DNA of 64,000 nucleotides, taken from the human T2T-CHM13v2.0 reference genome, Homo sapiens. The position numbers were made by a program, and so were the translations under genes. Below the pieces are notes generated by a model. It searched no databases, was not told the origin of the DNA, and saw only the letters and a program-made list of their open reading frames with translations. Where the stretch lies: the NCBI RefSeq assembly GCF_009914755.1, contig NC_060925.1; one strand, written 5' to 3'. Below, piece after piece: positions 1 through 11,669 of the stretch; positions within the stretch are counted from its first letter, which is position 1, and each line of letters opens with the position of its first letter.

Positions 1-1084
1 ACTCATATTACAGATGAGGAACTTGGGAAAGAGAAAAGTTAAGTAACATGTCTTATGTGACTTACTAATAAGAAGGCACTTAGAAACGGAAACTCTTTCC
101 TAGGGGTAATTGAAGCAATTTGTAATTGTGCCCCTGACGGGACATAACCAATGGGTAGGGGAGGATTTTCGTGAGTGGTCCAGTTCTAGAAAGCAGGTCT
201 TTCATGTAATAGCACATTTTCCTAAATGGCATTACAAAAGTGGCTGTGGCTAGAATCCCAAGGGATTTGGGATTCTGGCAATGAGGAGAAGTGGAGAGAA
301 ACTGTCCAAAGTGCAGGCTATTTATTGATCACAGAAACCCTGCGTCAGTGCTGACTGAGTCTGGGATGCAGGCTGATGCAAGGAGAGTGAGTGATTCTGG
401 GAGAAATCAGCTGTTCTGCCTGCCTCCCATGGGGCCCTAAAACTGCACCGTCTGCCTCAGTGCACTACCAGTGCAAGAGCCCCTGTTGGAGGAGGGAGGG
501 CAAAGGCCCTGGGGAGAGCAGAGCTGGATATGCAAGGGCTGGAAGACAGAAACCAGTGTACGCAGGGCTGGTCTGCCAGAAGCAACATTGGGCACCTGCT
601 TCTCCAGCTGCCCAAGGCCAGGAGGGCTTCTCAACCACTGTCCTCATCCACTACCCCTGCTCTGGTGCTGCCAGGCACAGAATGCACCTGGAGGAAGAGC
701 TGAGTAGAACGAGAGCTGGAGGGTGGGAGCTGCGTGTTGGAGGGAAGTTGAGTATGACTTAGGTCCAGGCACTCGACACCCCCTCTATGGAGTCAGCCCT
801 CGGGGAGTCAGAAAAACAGAGGTAGCCAATCCCACTGCAGGGAGCTGGCAGAGTCAGGTGGCATGCAGGAGGAAGCAGGAGAAAGAGCACAGCAAGAGGG
901 GCCTGGAAATGGGAGCAAAGTCATCAAAGGCACGGCACCCTCTTCAGTGGACGGGCATGGCCTCAGAGGTGGTGGCAAGGAAGGAGGACAGGAGTCTGGC
1001 TAGCTGTGTAGAAGCCTTTTGGGGCACCGGGACAGGGAGCCACCTTCTGCCCCCTCACCTCCAGCTTCCCCCGATTCATTGTGC

Positions 1085-1260
1085 AACTGCTGATAAAATA
1101 ATGGCTGTCATTGATGGCATGCTTATTGCGTGCCAGGCATTATGTTAACAGCTGTTTTATTCAATCCTCTCAGCAACCCTGTGAGGTTGAGAGAGATAAT
1201 AGAATCCATCACATCACATGGCTGGGAAGGAATCTCAGTCTGTGCAACTCAAAGTCCATT
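1085..1260 (-). mobile_element. MIR fragment
   Basis: tgccaggcat...tcaatcctctcagcaaccctgtgagg resembles MIR reverse complement. Confidence 0.55.
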
Positions 1261-2858
1261 CTTAATCCCCAACCCTCCTGCACACCCTCACCTGAAGCTC
1301 CCCAAGCCAAGACTAGAGGTGCTATCCAGGAGGGTCCCACAAGCAACTGAAGATCTGAGACCCCTGTGTTCTTAATCTTGTGCTCCAGAAGGAATGAGAG
1401 CTGAGTGTGGAGGAGGCATACACCGTGCCAAGGCCCCTGGAGCTCAGATCTAAGATTCAAGATGTGTAGGGCCCAGGCACTCTTTGGTCACTGAGGCTGG
1501 GTCACCCCTCCTGCCACTCCCTGCGTCTTCCCCATCCACGGCCCCACTCCTACCCCAACTGTGAGCAGTCAGTGATGCTCTTTTAGAAACCACACTACAC
1601 AGAATGTGGCTGTTTTCTGGATGGCTTCAACCTGCTATCCAACAACAATCAAACCCACATCACGCTCTGGCAAGGCCACGTGGTCCTCCAGGCCCTGAAA
1701 CTGGCACAGTCAGCGGCCAGCACTGCCATTAGACATGGGAGAAGCTGAGTACAGCATAAGGCCTGAACCTACCACAGGGAAGTCATCTCACCCAGGAAAA
1801 GGACTTCTGACCCCCAAAGCAGAGAATGTGCCCAACCTATCTGTGGTTAGGAGACAACTCATTCATTGAATAAGAACTCATTCATTGAACTCATTCATGT
1901 GAAAGTCACGGCCACTCATCTGTGCACCATGTCTCTGAAGAGGCCCCTGGATCTGGGCAGCAGCCAGCCTGTCCACCCCCTCCCCACGGGCTGCTCTCGG
2001 CCAGCTGTTCCGTCTCTCCTCCTGTGTACAGCCCTGCCTTTTCACCTCACTGGCCTTGCCCCTCTGGCCCTGGGATGCTGCTCTTGGCTCTGCAGCTGTT
2101 TGGCTGGATGCCTCTGAATAGAACATTCAGCCTCTATGTTCTTCTATTTCTTCAACTGGAAAACAGAGAGAAATATGGTCATCATTTTTTTTCAAGGGGT
2201 AAAGGAGTCATTGGAAGGAATAGCCTGGTAAAGATTCAAAACCCATCGGCTATTTGGAAGAAAAGTTGCTGCATAAATAAGCTGCTTGACCCAAGGCCCA
2301 TTTTGTACGCTTCTTTGAGGTCAATCTTGTTTATTTTCCTGGCTCACAATCCCCAAAGGTTGGGGTGGGCCAAAAGGCAAACCTGCCCTTTGCAGGGGCC
2401 TCTCCTGTCAAATTAATCTGATGACTTGATGGAGCAGTGGGTGGAAGAGAACATGGCCCCGTAAGGTTAGCGGTGGAATCCCTGCTGGAGAGAAATGACG
2501 CTGGCCCAGGGGGGATGTGCCTTGTGCCCAGCCTGGACAGGCCAGTTCACTTCTCGGGGCATAGGCTCTCCCTTCCTCCTCATGAGAATAAGAACACCAA
2601 CTCTACTCCCTGACAGTCTCCTAACTTGGTCTCCTGAGAACTCAGTGAGGCTGGCAGGGAAGGGATGATTATATCTGTGTTACAGAGAAGAAAACAGACC
2701 TATTCAAAGTCACAGAAATAAGTGGGGACAAGACCTTAGTCTTCTGCCTACGTGACTCATTTTCATACAATACATACCTTAACCCTAACATAGAGCCGTG
2801 ATACAAGTCAAATGAAAGAATGTACAGAAGGCCTTCCGAAAGGGGGTGAAGCTCTGTG

Positions 2859-2950
2859 CAGTGCTGTCCAGCAAAAATAAATGCAAGTCACATAATGTGA
2901 TTTTTGTCACTTATGTGCAACCACATTTAAAGTGTAAAAAGAAACAAATG
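2859..2950 (+). mobile_element. MER33-like hAT-Charlie fragment
   Basis: cagtgctgtcca...ccacatttaaagtgtaaaaagaaaca resembles MER33 5' end. Confidence 0.5.
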
Positions 2951-3292
2951 GCAGGGCGTACCTCCTGCCAAGCTACTCCTAAGCTAGGGCAGCTAGGAGG
3001 ATCCACAAGGCCTACTCGAAGGAGCTGGAGAACTGCTCAGGGACAAAGAACAAGAACAATGGAAGCAACTCGAACACTTTCACTGCCCAGGGGTCTTCCA
3101 CCTTTATTTATGTCTTTTCACCAGAACCTTAATTGGATGCAAACCCTCAATGTAGGAAACAAATGAACCCAGAGCTCTCCAGTGGAAGGGCTCAGACCAG
3201 CCAACAGGCCTCTCCAAGCTGTCCCCCGAAGCTCCCACTAGAAATTTTAAGTGTTTTTCTTATAGACATCAAATAGTAGGGCTTTCAAAAAA

Positions 3293-3601
3293 TTATTTAT
3301 TTATTTATTTATTTTTATTTTTTTGACAGAGTCTTGCTCTGACACCCAGGCTGTAGTGCAGCGGCACAATCTCGGCTCACTGCAACCTCCGCCTCCTGGG
3401 TAAAAGCAATTCTCCTGCCTCAGCCTCCCCAGTAGCTGGGATTACATGCGTGCACCACCACACCTGGCTAATTTTTGTATTTTTAGTAGAGACAGGGTTT
3501 CACCATGTTGGCCAGGCTGGTCTCGAACTCCTGACCTCGTGATCCACCCACCTTGGCCTCCCAAAGTGTTGGGATTATAGGCTTGAGCCACCGTGCTCAG
3601 C
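3293..3601 (-). mobile_element. Alu (AluSg-like)
   Basis: Full dimer in reverse with (TTTA)n tail; gacctcgtgatcc deletion variant. Confidence 0.9.
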
Positions 3602-4354
3602 TTTTCATCCTGACAATTTCTGCTTTTTAATTGGAGTGTTTAGGCTATTTGCATCTGATGTAATTATTGATATGCAGTAGTTACGCATAAAGCTATTAGC
3701 TTGCTGTTTGCTTTACACTTGTCCCATTTCTTCTTTGTTTCTATTTTTCCTTTCTTCCTGTTCTCTTGTTGATTAAATTTTAGCTTACATTTTATTTTCA
3801 CAACGGACTTATTACCTAGATGTCTTTGCTATGATTTTAATAGTTGCTGTACAGTTAATAATTCATATGTTTAACTTGTAACAGTCTGACTTTAAATAAT
3901 AATAATACCACTTCATGGATAAAATCTTTCAAACAATATACTTCCACTTTGCCCCCACATCTTTGTAATATTCTCATACATTTTACTTCTACAGATGCTA
4001 TGCATCGGATTTGGATTTTGTCAAAGTCTGACCCCTTCAGCTAGAGAGCTCTAGTTTGATCTCTTTCCAACACATGGTATGGACACCATGAAACATTGTT
4101 ATTATTTTTGCTTTAAACAGTTGATTATCTTACTAAACATCTTAAAATCCGAAAAAAAGGCTTTTATATTTACCCACATATTTATCGTTTTTTCAGTCTA
4201 CCTTCCTTTGTGGATACCCAACCTTCTGTGTAGTATTATTTTCATTTTGCCTAAAGAACTTCCTTTAATTTTTTTTTTTTTTTTGTAATTCAGGTCAGCT
4301 GGTGACAAGTTTTCTCAGCTTTTGTGTATCTAAAGTTTCTATTTTACCTTCAAT

Positions 4355-4531
4355 TTTTGTTGTTGTTTTTGTTTTAGAGAGGGAGTCTCTCTATGTTGCC
4401 TGGCTGGAGTCCAGTAGCTATTCACAGGAGCGATCATAGCACACTACAGCCTCTAGCTCCTGACCTCAAGTGACCTCCCATCTTAGCCTCCCAAGTAGCT
4501 GGGGCTACAGGTATGCACCACCGTGCCTAGC
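4355..4531 (-). mobile_element. FAM (fossil Alu monomer)
   Basis: Monomer retaining the 7SL-like segment gctattcacaggagcgatcatagcacactacagcc. Confidence 0.75.
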
Positions 4532-4622
4532 TTGCTTTCAGTTTTGAATGATATTTTTTGTTGGACATTAAATTCTAGGTGGGCATTTCTATTTTCCTTT
4601 TCAGCACTTTAAAAATGTTCCA

Positions 4623-4907
4623 GGCCAGGCACCGTAGCTCATGCCTGTAACCCCAGCACTTTGGGAGGCTGAGGTGGGAGATTGCTTGAGCCAAGGCGTT
4701 TGAGACCAGCCTGGGCAACATGGTGAAACCCCATCTCAAAAAAAAAAAAAAAGAAAGAAAAGAAAATTCGCCAGGCATGGTGGTTTGTACCTGTAGTCCC
4801 AGCTACTTAGGATGTTGAGGTGGGAGGATCACCTAAGTCCAGGGAGGTCAAAGCTACAGTGAGCCATGATCACACCACTGCACATCAGCCTGGGTGACAG
4901 AGTGAAA
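4623..4907 (+). mobile_element. Alu (AluJ-like)
   Basis: ggccaggcaccgtagctc...; gattgcttgagcc and gaggtcaaagctacagtgagccatgat J-type features. Confidence 0.85.
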
Positions 4908-5069
4908 TGTTTCACTTACTTCAAGCTTGTATATTTGGGGATGAAACATCTGTAGTCATTTTTGTATTTTTTTTTTCCTTCTCTGTATTTCATGTCTTTT
5001 TTTTCTTTAGCTATTCTATAGATTTTCTTTATTATTGATTTTCAGTCATTTGTGGAATTCTCTGGTGTG

Positions 5070-5071
<2 letters not shown>

Positions 5072-5129
<58 letters not shown>
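5072..5129 (+). repeat. (GT)29 microsatellite
   Basis: Uninterrupted GT run, 58 nt. Confidence 0.97.
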
Positions 5130-5132
<3 letters not shown>

Positions 5133-5639
5133 ACCCTACCTCAGGTTCATTGAACTTCATCTGTAAGTTTATAATTTTATCACATTTTGAAAATGTTTGG
5201 CCATTATTTCTTCAAATTTTTTGATCCCTTCCTCTCTCTCTTTTCTTTCTGGGACTCTCGTTACTCATACATTAGATCTTATAACATTTCCCCACATGAC
5301 AATGAGGCTTTATTCCTTTTTTTCCCAATCTTTTTGTTTCTTTCCTTCACTTTGGACAGATTCTACTGCTATGTCTTTTAGTTCAATAATTTCTGCAGTG
5401 TGTCATCTAATTTTAATCTGATACAGGAAATTTTTATTTTATATATTGTTTTGTCCTTTTAGCTTCCATTACCCTCTTCATCATCTTCACATTTTACTTC
5501 ACATCCTTGAGCATTTGCATAATGTTTATCACAGTTGTTTTAATCTCCTGTGTGCTAATTCCATCATCTCTGTCACTTCTGGGTTGGTCTATCGGCTGAT
5601 TTTTCTCCTGTGTATGAGTCACATTTTCTTGCTTAGTAA

Positions 5640-6002
<363 letters not shown>

Positions 6003-6944
6003 CTTTGTGACATTTTTATAGCGTTGGGCCTATTCTGGTAGCAGCTACGTCATTTATGAGTCGGTTTGATCCTTTCATGCCTTGTTTTAAAATTGTTTGA
6101 GGGCAGACCTAGACTACTCTTTATTCTAAGGCAAAGTTAACCCCACTTCTAATGCATGGCCCTTCTAGCGTCTCTGGTGAGAGCCCCACATATGCAACCT
6201 GGTTTGCACTGTGGCTGGAGGAAAGTTGAGTGATTCTTGGCCTCATGTAAACTCTGGGAATTATTCATTTTTGTAGCTCCCTGATAACTGCTGTTTCTTT
6301 GGAAGTTGATCTTGTCCAGACACTAAAGTTTCACACATGTACAGACTGGTCTTTGGCCAAAGATTTAAGGCAATCTCTATGCAGATTTCTGGAAACCTTC
6401 CTTTCTGGAACTCTGCCCTGTCAGTTCTAGTCCCTTTGGCCTCCCCAACTTCAAACTCATCCTCCTTAGCAAAGCAAAACTGCCAGGCTCTATCTGTACT
6501 TCTCCCCCACCTCTGTGCTATAGTCCAGAAATTACTGCCAACACTCTCAAGGAGACTCCAATGCATATTTCTGGAGCTCTTTCTCTGCACAGTTCCCTCA
6601 TGCAAATTCCAGCCTTTTTGTCTCCAAACTCGTTCTCCTCAGCTCGGAGAAACTTGCGTGCTGTGCTTAGAATCCCCACCTCCTACAACACAATCTAGAA
6701 AATGCCTCAAGCCAGAAAGCCATGATAATCATAAAGCTTAACTCATTCATGTCCTCTCTCCCAAGGGTCACAGTTCTACATTGCCTGTTGTCCAAAGTCT
6801 ATAAACAGTTGTTTCACATACTTTGTACACTCTTCTAGCTGTTTATAACAAGAAGGTAAGCCTTGTCCCAGTTGCCCTATCATTGCCAGAAGCAGAAATC
6901 CTCTTTTAAGAACTTTCAACTATAAAATTGTTTGTGTAGTCGTA

Positions 6945-7065
6945 TATTTAGTCTGTCTCCTGCACTAGAATATAAGCCCCATGAGGGTAGCAGCTATGTC
7001 TGTATTATACAGTGCTGAATCCCCAGTGCCCAGCACCAGGCTGCAACACAGTAAGAACTATGAAG
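6945..7065 (+). mobile_element. L2 3' fragment
   Basis: cactagaatataagccccatgagggtagcag...ccccagtgcccagcac. Confidence 0.6.
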
Positions 7066-8019
7066 AAAAAATACATTACAATATTATAGCTCTGGGGCTG
7101 AATGTTGGCATGAATCAGGGAAGGAGAACAAAATGAGGGGGTGGAGGGAGGGGAACAGAGAGCATGACACAGAGAACTGCCAGGGCCCATGTGGTTTCCG
7201 GATTTGCATTTGGATCTCATTTCCAATCTGGGCTGTCCCTGTAAGATACATGCCTTCCACTTGGACTTGACTATTTTCATAATAAAAGATTGGAAGTAAA
7301 TATGCTTTAAAATGCTGGTATTGTGTTAAAGCACTTGACTATATTTTCCCCAACACTTTCTGTGATGTAGTTAGGAAACTTAAAATAATTTTAGAAATCC
7401 TCACACATTATTGTCTATGATTTTATTGCATGACAAACTTCGTTGGAGTAAACTTCAGGTTGCTGAAGCCATTGGCCAATTGATGAAATCATTTCTTCCT
7501 TTGCAGAGCGCCCTCCCCAACCTCACACAGCCTGTGTGACTTCTGTCTCCAAGGAATAGGGCACCAGGTGTCCCTAATTCCTACTCTCACTCTCCTCCCA
7601 ACCTGCGCGTTCACCCACTTGCATTGATCCAGAAGGTTTATACATGTCAGCTGATGAACTATAGAGTCACACAACTATCGAGAGTGACACCAACTGCAGC
7701 CAAACAACCAAGTCACAAAACGTTGAATCGATGTCGGCCAAGGACCACCTCTGATCTAAGAAGCCAGCTAAATAAATGAGACTCCTGTCTGATATGAGAG
7801 CTCAGTAACAGACTTAGGTGACGCACAATATCAAATTTCTTTGCAAGTGGGCGCCTACTGGCACGTGATTACCATTGGTCCACTGAAGACTCCTCTGTTA
7901 TATTTCTTTCCTGTCACCTTTATTTCCACCCCTATTCCTTCCATAGGCTACCATTCTATTCTGTTAAATATACCTTATTTGCATATATTTAAAATTACGC
8001 AAGTGGTGTTGTTATATAT

Positions 8020-8450
8020 ACTATGATTTTAATGTTCCCCCCCGCCAAAACTCATGCTGAAATTTAATCCCCAGTGTGGCTATATTGAGAGGCGAGGCCT
8101 TTAAAGGGTGATTGGATCATGAGGGCACTGTCCTTATGGTGGATTAATCTCATGGATTAACAGATTAATGGATTAATTTAATGAGTTACCATGGGAGTGG
8201 GACTCATGGCTTTATAAGAAGAGGAAGAGACCTGAGCTAGCACAGTAGCACACTCAGTCCCCTCACAATGTGATAGCCTGCACCACCTTGAGACTCTCAG
8301 AGTCCCCACCAGCAAGAAGGCCCTCACCAGATGCAGCCCCTCAACCTTGTACCTCACAGCCTCCATATCTGTATGAAATAAATACCTTTCTTTTATAAAT
8401 TACCCCATTTCAGCTCTTCTGTTATAAACAACAGAAAAGGGACTAAGACA
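8020..8450 (+). mobile_element. MaLR solo LTR (MSTD/MSTC-like)
   Basis: ccaaaactcatgctgaaatttaatcccc...ggactaagaca; typical MST body. Confidence 0.8.
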
Positions 8451-8812
8451 ATATTCCATTTTGTGTTTTCCTTTTTCCAATAATATGCTTGTCCAGATCC
8501 ATCCATATTTCTGTGTATACATCTAATTCATTGCTGTTCATTGCTACATAATACTCCATGGTGTGGCTGCACCTAGCCCTCCTTCCAATGATAGACATCC
8601 AGCTTGCTTCCAACTCCCACAAACAAACAGCACTGTAGTGAACAGCCCTGTACAATGAACAGGTCCCTTAAGTAGCTGTGTGAGAACTTCTAAGGGATAT
8701 ATATATATATATGCTGGAGGGAAATTATGGGGTCACAGGATATACGTATAAATAATTTGGCAAAATAGTACCAGATTACTCTTGACACGTTGGCTGCACA
8801 GTTCCTCCACCT

Positions 8813-9031
8813 CAGGATTTCTCAGCCTTGACCCTGTTACCCTTTGGAGCTGGATAATTCTTGACTGAGGGGAAGTACCTTGTGCACTGTAGGACGTTTA
8901 GCAGCATGCCTGGCCTCTATCCACCAAATGCCAGTAGCACCTCCCTCCCCAGTTGTAACAGTAAAAAATGTCCCCTGACACTGCCAAATATCCCCTGGGG
9001 TGGGGGGAGTCTCTGCAGCTGAGAACCACTG
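8813..9031 (+). mobile_element. MER20 (hAT-Charlie)
   Basis: tgtgcactgtaggacgtttagcagcatgcctggcctctatccacc...gagaaccactg. Confidence 0.8.
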
Positions 9032-9796
9032 CTTTATCCCATTTTTGCCAACACTTGGCATGATCCAGTTCTCTATTTTTTTTTTCTCTACCGGTTATTT
9101 TTAGCACCTTTTCATAGACTGATGGTTTTTAGGATTTTCTCTGTTAATTTTCTATTGAGATCACTGACCTCCTTTTGTTAATTTACTGGAGTGCCCTCTA
9201 TATTCTTGATGCTTGTGCTTTATCGGAGTTGACATAGCAAATATCTTCTCCATTCTCTCAGCTAATTAACTCTATCCATCTTCACTGACAGAAATCTAAA
9301 CTTTTATGGAATCAGGTTATTTTGCTTTATGGTTTGTGCTTTTGAAGTTTTATTAAGGACTTTTCTTGCCCTAAGTCACAAGCTATTTTCCTCTATTAGC
9401 TTTACACTTTTACCTATTACAATCTGGTCTTTAATCCATAGAACTCACCTTCTACATAGTGTTGGGTAGGAATTCACATTTACATTTCTCTGTGCAAATT
9501 CATCCACCCGTATAGTGAGAATCCTTCCTTTTCCCTGCCAGTTTGTGGTGCCATTTTGATTGTAAATTAGGTTCCCAAAGATACATGGCTTTGTCCCTGA
9601 GCTCTCCATCCTGTTTCATTCCTCTAGTTGTCTGTCCTTGTACCAATACCCACAAACTGTAATTCCATGGCCCTGTAACATGTTTTCATAACACAGCAAG
9701 CCACCCCTACCTCACTTCTTTAGTGAACTATTTCTCTGTTTATAACTTAGAGTAATTTATCAGATTTCTCAAACTATCCAACTGGAATTTTTATTA

Positions 9797-9955
<159 letters not shown>

Positions 9956-10146
9956 TTATTTGGGAAGAAGTAACTTTTTTTATATTGTTTTCCCATCCAG
10001 GATTATTCAGATCTTCTTCTAATTTTTCTATTTAACTTTTAGGGTTTTCCTTAAAGAAGTCTTTGCATTTACGTTGATTCCTGGACACTGTATTTGTGCC
10101 TGCCATTATGAGGGGTATTTTTTTGTTTCTAGTTCAAATTACTGCT

Positions 10147-10510
10147 TGTTAGGAGCTGAATTGTCCCACCTCCACCCCAGATTCCTTTATGTTGAAGTCC
10201 TGACCCCCAGTATCTCAGAATGTGACTACTTGGAGGCTGGGCCATTAGAATAGTAATTAAGTTACAATGGGGTGGCTAGGGTGGGTCCTAACCCAATACG
10301 ACTGATGTCCTGGTAAGAAGAGGTTTGGACACAGACAGCACAGACTGAGGAATGACCTTGGTAAGGACACAGCAGGAAGAGGGGCCTCAGAAACCAACCC
10401 TGCTGACATTTTGATCTGGAACTTCCAGCCTCCAGAACTGTGAGAAAATAAGCTTCTGTTGAAGCCACTCAGCCTGAGGCATTTTGTTATGCCTCCCTAG
10501 CAAACCAATG
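10147..10510 (+). mobile_element. MLT1A/B-like MaLR LTR
   Basis: tatgttgaagtcctgacccccagtatctcagaatgtgac...cttccagcctccagaactgtgagaaaataa. Confidence 0.75.
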
Positions 10511-11580
10511 CCCTGCTCTTAATTTTTAAAGTTTATCTTATATCCGGGGTTGCCCACTTGTTTTCTACCCAAGTTAAGGTGTGATTCAGAGTCACTGATT
10601 TCCCCCTCTTGGTACCCATGTTCCCAGAAAGCTGGTAAGTTCATCAGAAGACTGCCTCGGAGCAAAAAAAAAAAAAAAAAAAAAAAAAACCTCCCAGAAA
10701 AGGCCATGAATGGTCCCACCCTGCAACAGCTAGCATTCTTGTTCCCCCGGATTCAGCATATTCCCTCCATGGCTGGAAAGTGCTGAATACACCCAGGTAG
10801 GTTTTGCTTCTATGTTGGTAGCTCCTCCCTCTTGCATAGAAACACCTTTTTAAAAGATGTGTTAATAACACATACTGAGTTACTGCCAAACCTAGAAGCT
10901 TGGGAGCTATTTTGTTTCCTCTCATAATGTGTAGATAGAATCATCCAACACTGATGACCCACAAACTTCATCACAAATACTGTAGGCCACTAAGTCGGCA
11001 GGTGCAATTACTCACTCTCCCAGAAACCTCCAGTCCCGAAAGCAGCAAGGTTTCGGGACTGTGCATAAGTTAGAAGTCTGCCAACCTAAGTGAGCGTTTT
11101 TCACCATTTTCAGTCTTAAAAGCTTATTTGATATGAAAAATTAACATCTCCTTAATCTATAGTTGGTAATTTACCACCTACACTTTAATGAATGGAATAG
11201 GACTGACCGGCCATGTTTTATTTTGTATTTCTATTCCCCATCCTCCCATAAAAAATCAGCTTTGACTAGATGCAACACGAAAGCTTTCAGGAAGGCAGCT
11301 TTTCAGAGCCAGTCACTCAATACAATAAGCTTGTCTGGAAAGGCTTGCCAATGCTTCCATTTCACCCGAGGGCTGTGCAAGTATCCCCCAAGACAGAGCC
11401 CACCCCTCCTGCTAGCAGCCATCACCTCCCACAAACCTGCAGAGAGGACCGCACCAAGACTGCAAAGCAGGCTTCCGGAAGTGGCTTAAGCTAGCTTTCA
11501 CTAGCACAAACCCCTTTTTCTCTTTTGTGTTCAACTGCAATCATCTCCATAGGCTTCCTGACACCAGCAGAGGCCCATCA

Positions 11581-11669
11581 CAGACACAAATAGCATTTTT
11601 TAAATGGCTTTATTAAAGGCTACAAGTATAAAATATGACTAAGTTACAAGTCGTCAGTAAGAATTTATT
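11581..11669 (-). terminator. Distal polyadenylation signal region
   Basis: AATAAA at 11609-11614 and 11664-11669 (minus); UGUA elements at 11621-11624 and 11645-11648; GU-rich downstream element TTTGTGTCTG at 11590-11581. Confidence 0.8.

Noticed and set aside
1856-1899. Three copies of aactcattcat(tg)
   Set aside because: Short slippage repeat, probably from an L2-type TTCA tail; no spacer structure
2950-3200. Purine-rich stretch that looked like a processed pseudogene fragment
   Set aside because: Translations contain stops and match no protein I recognise; no clear poly(A) tail or TSD; needs BLASTX/Dfam
10664-10689. Orphan A26 run as a possible tiny retroposed insertion
   Set aside because: Flanking cccagaaa similarity is short and not placed like a true TSD; treated as a simple homopolymer
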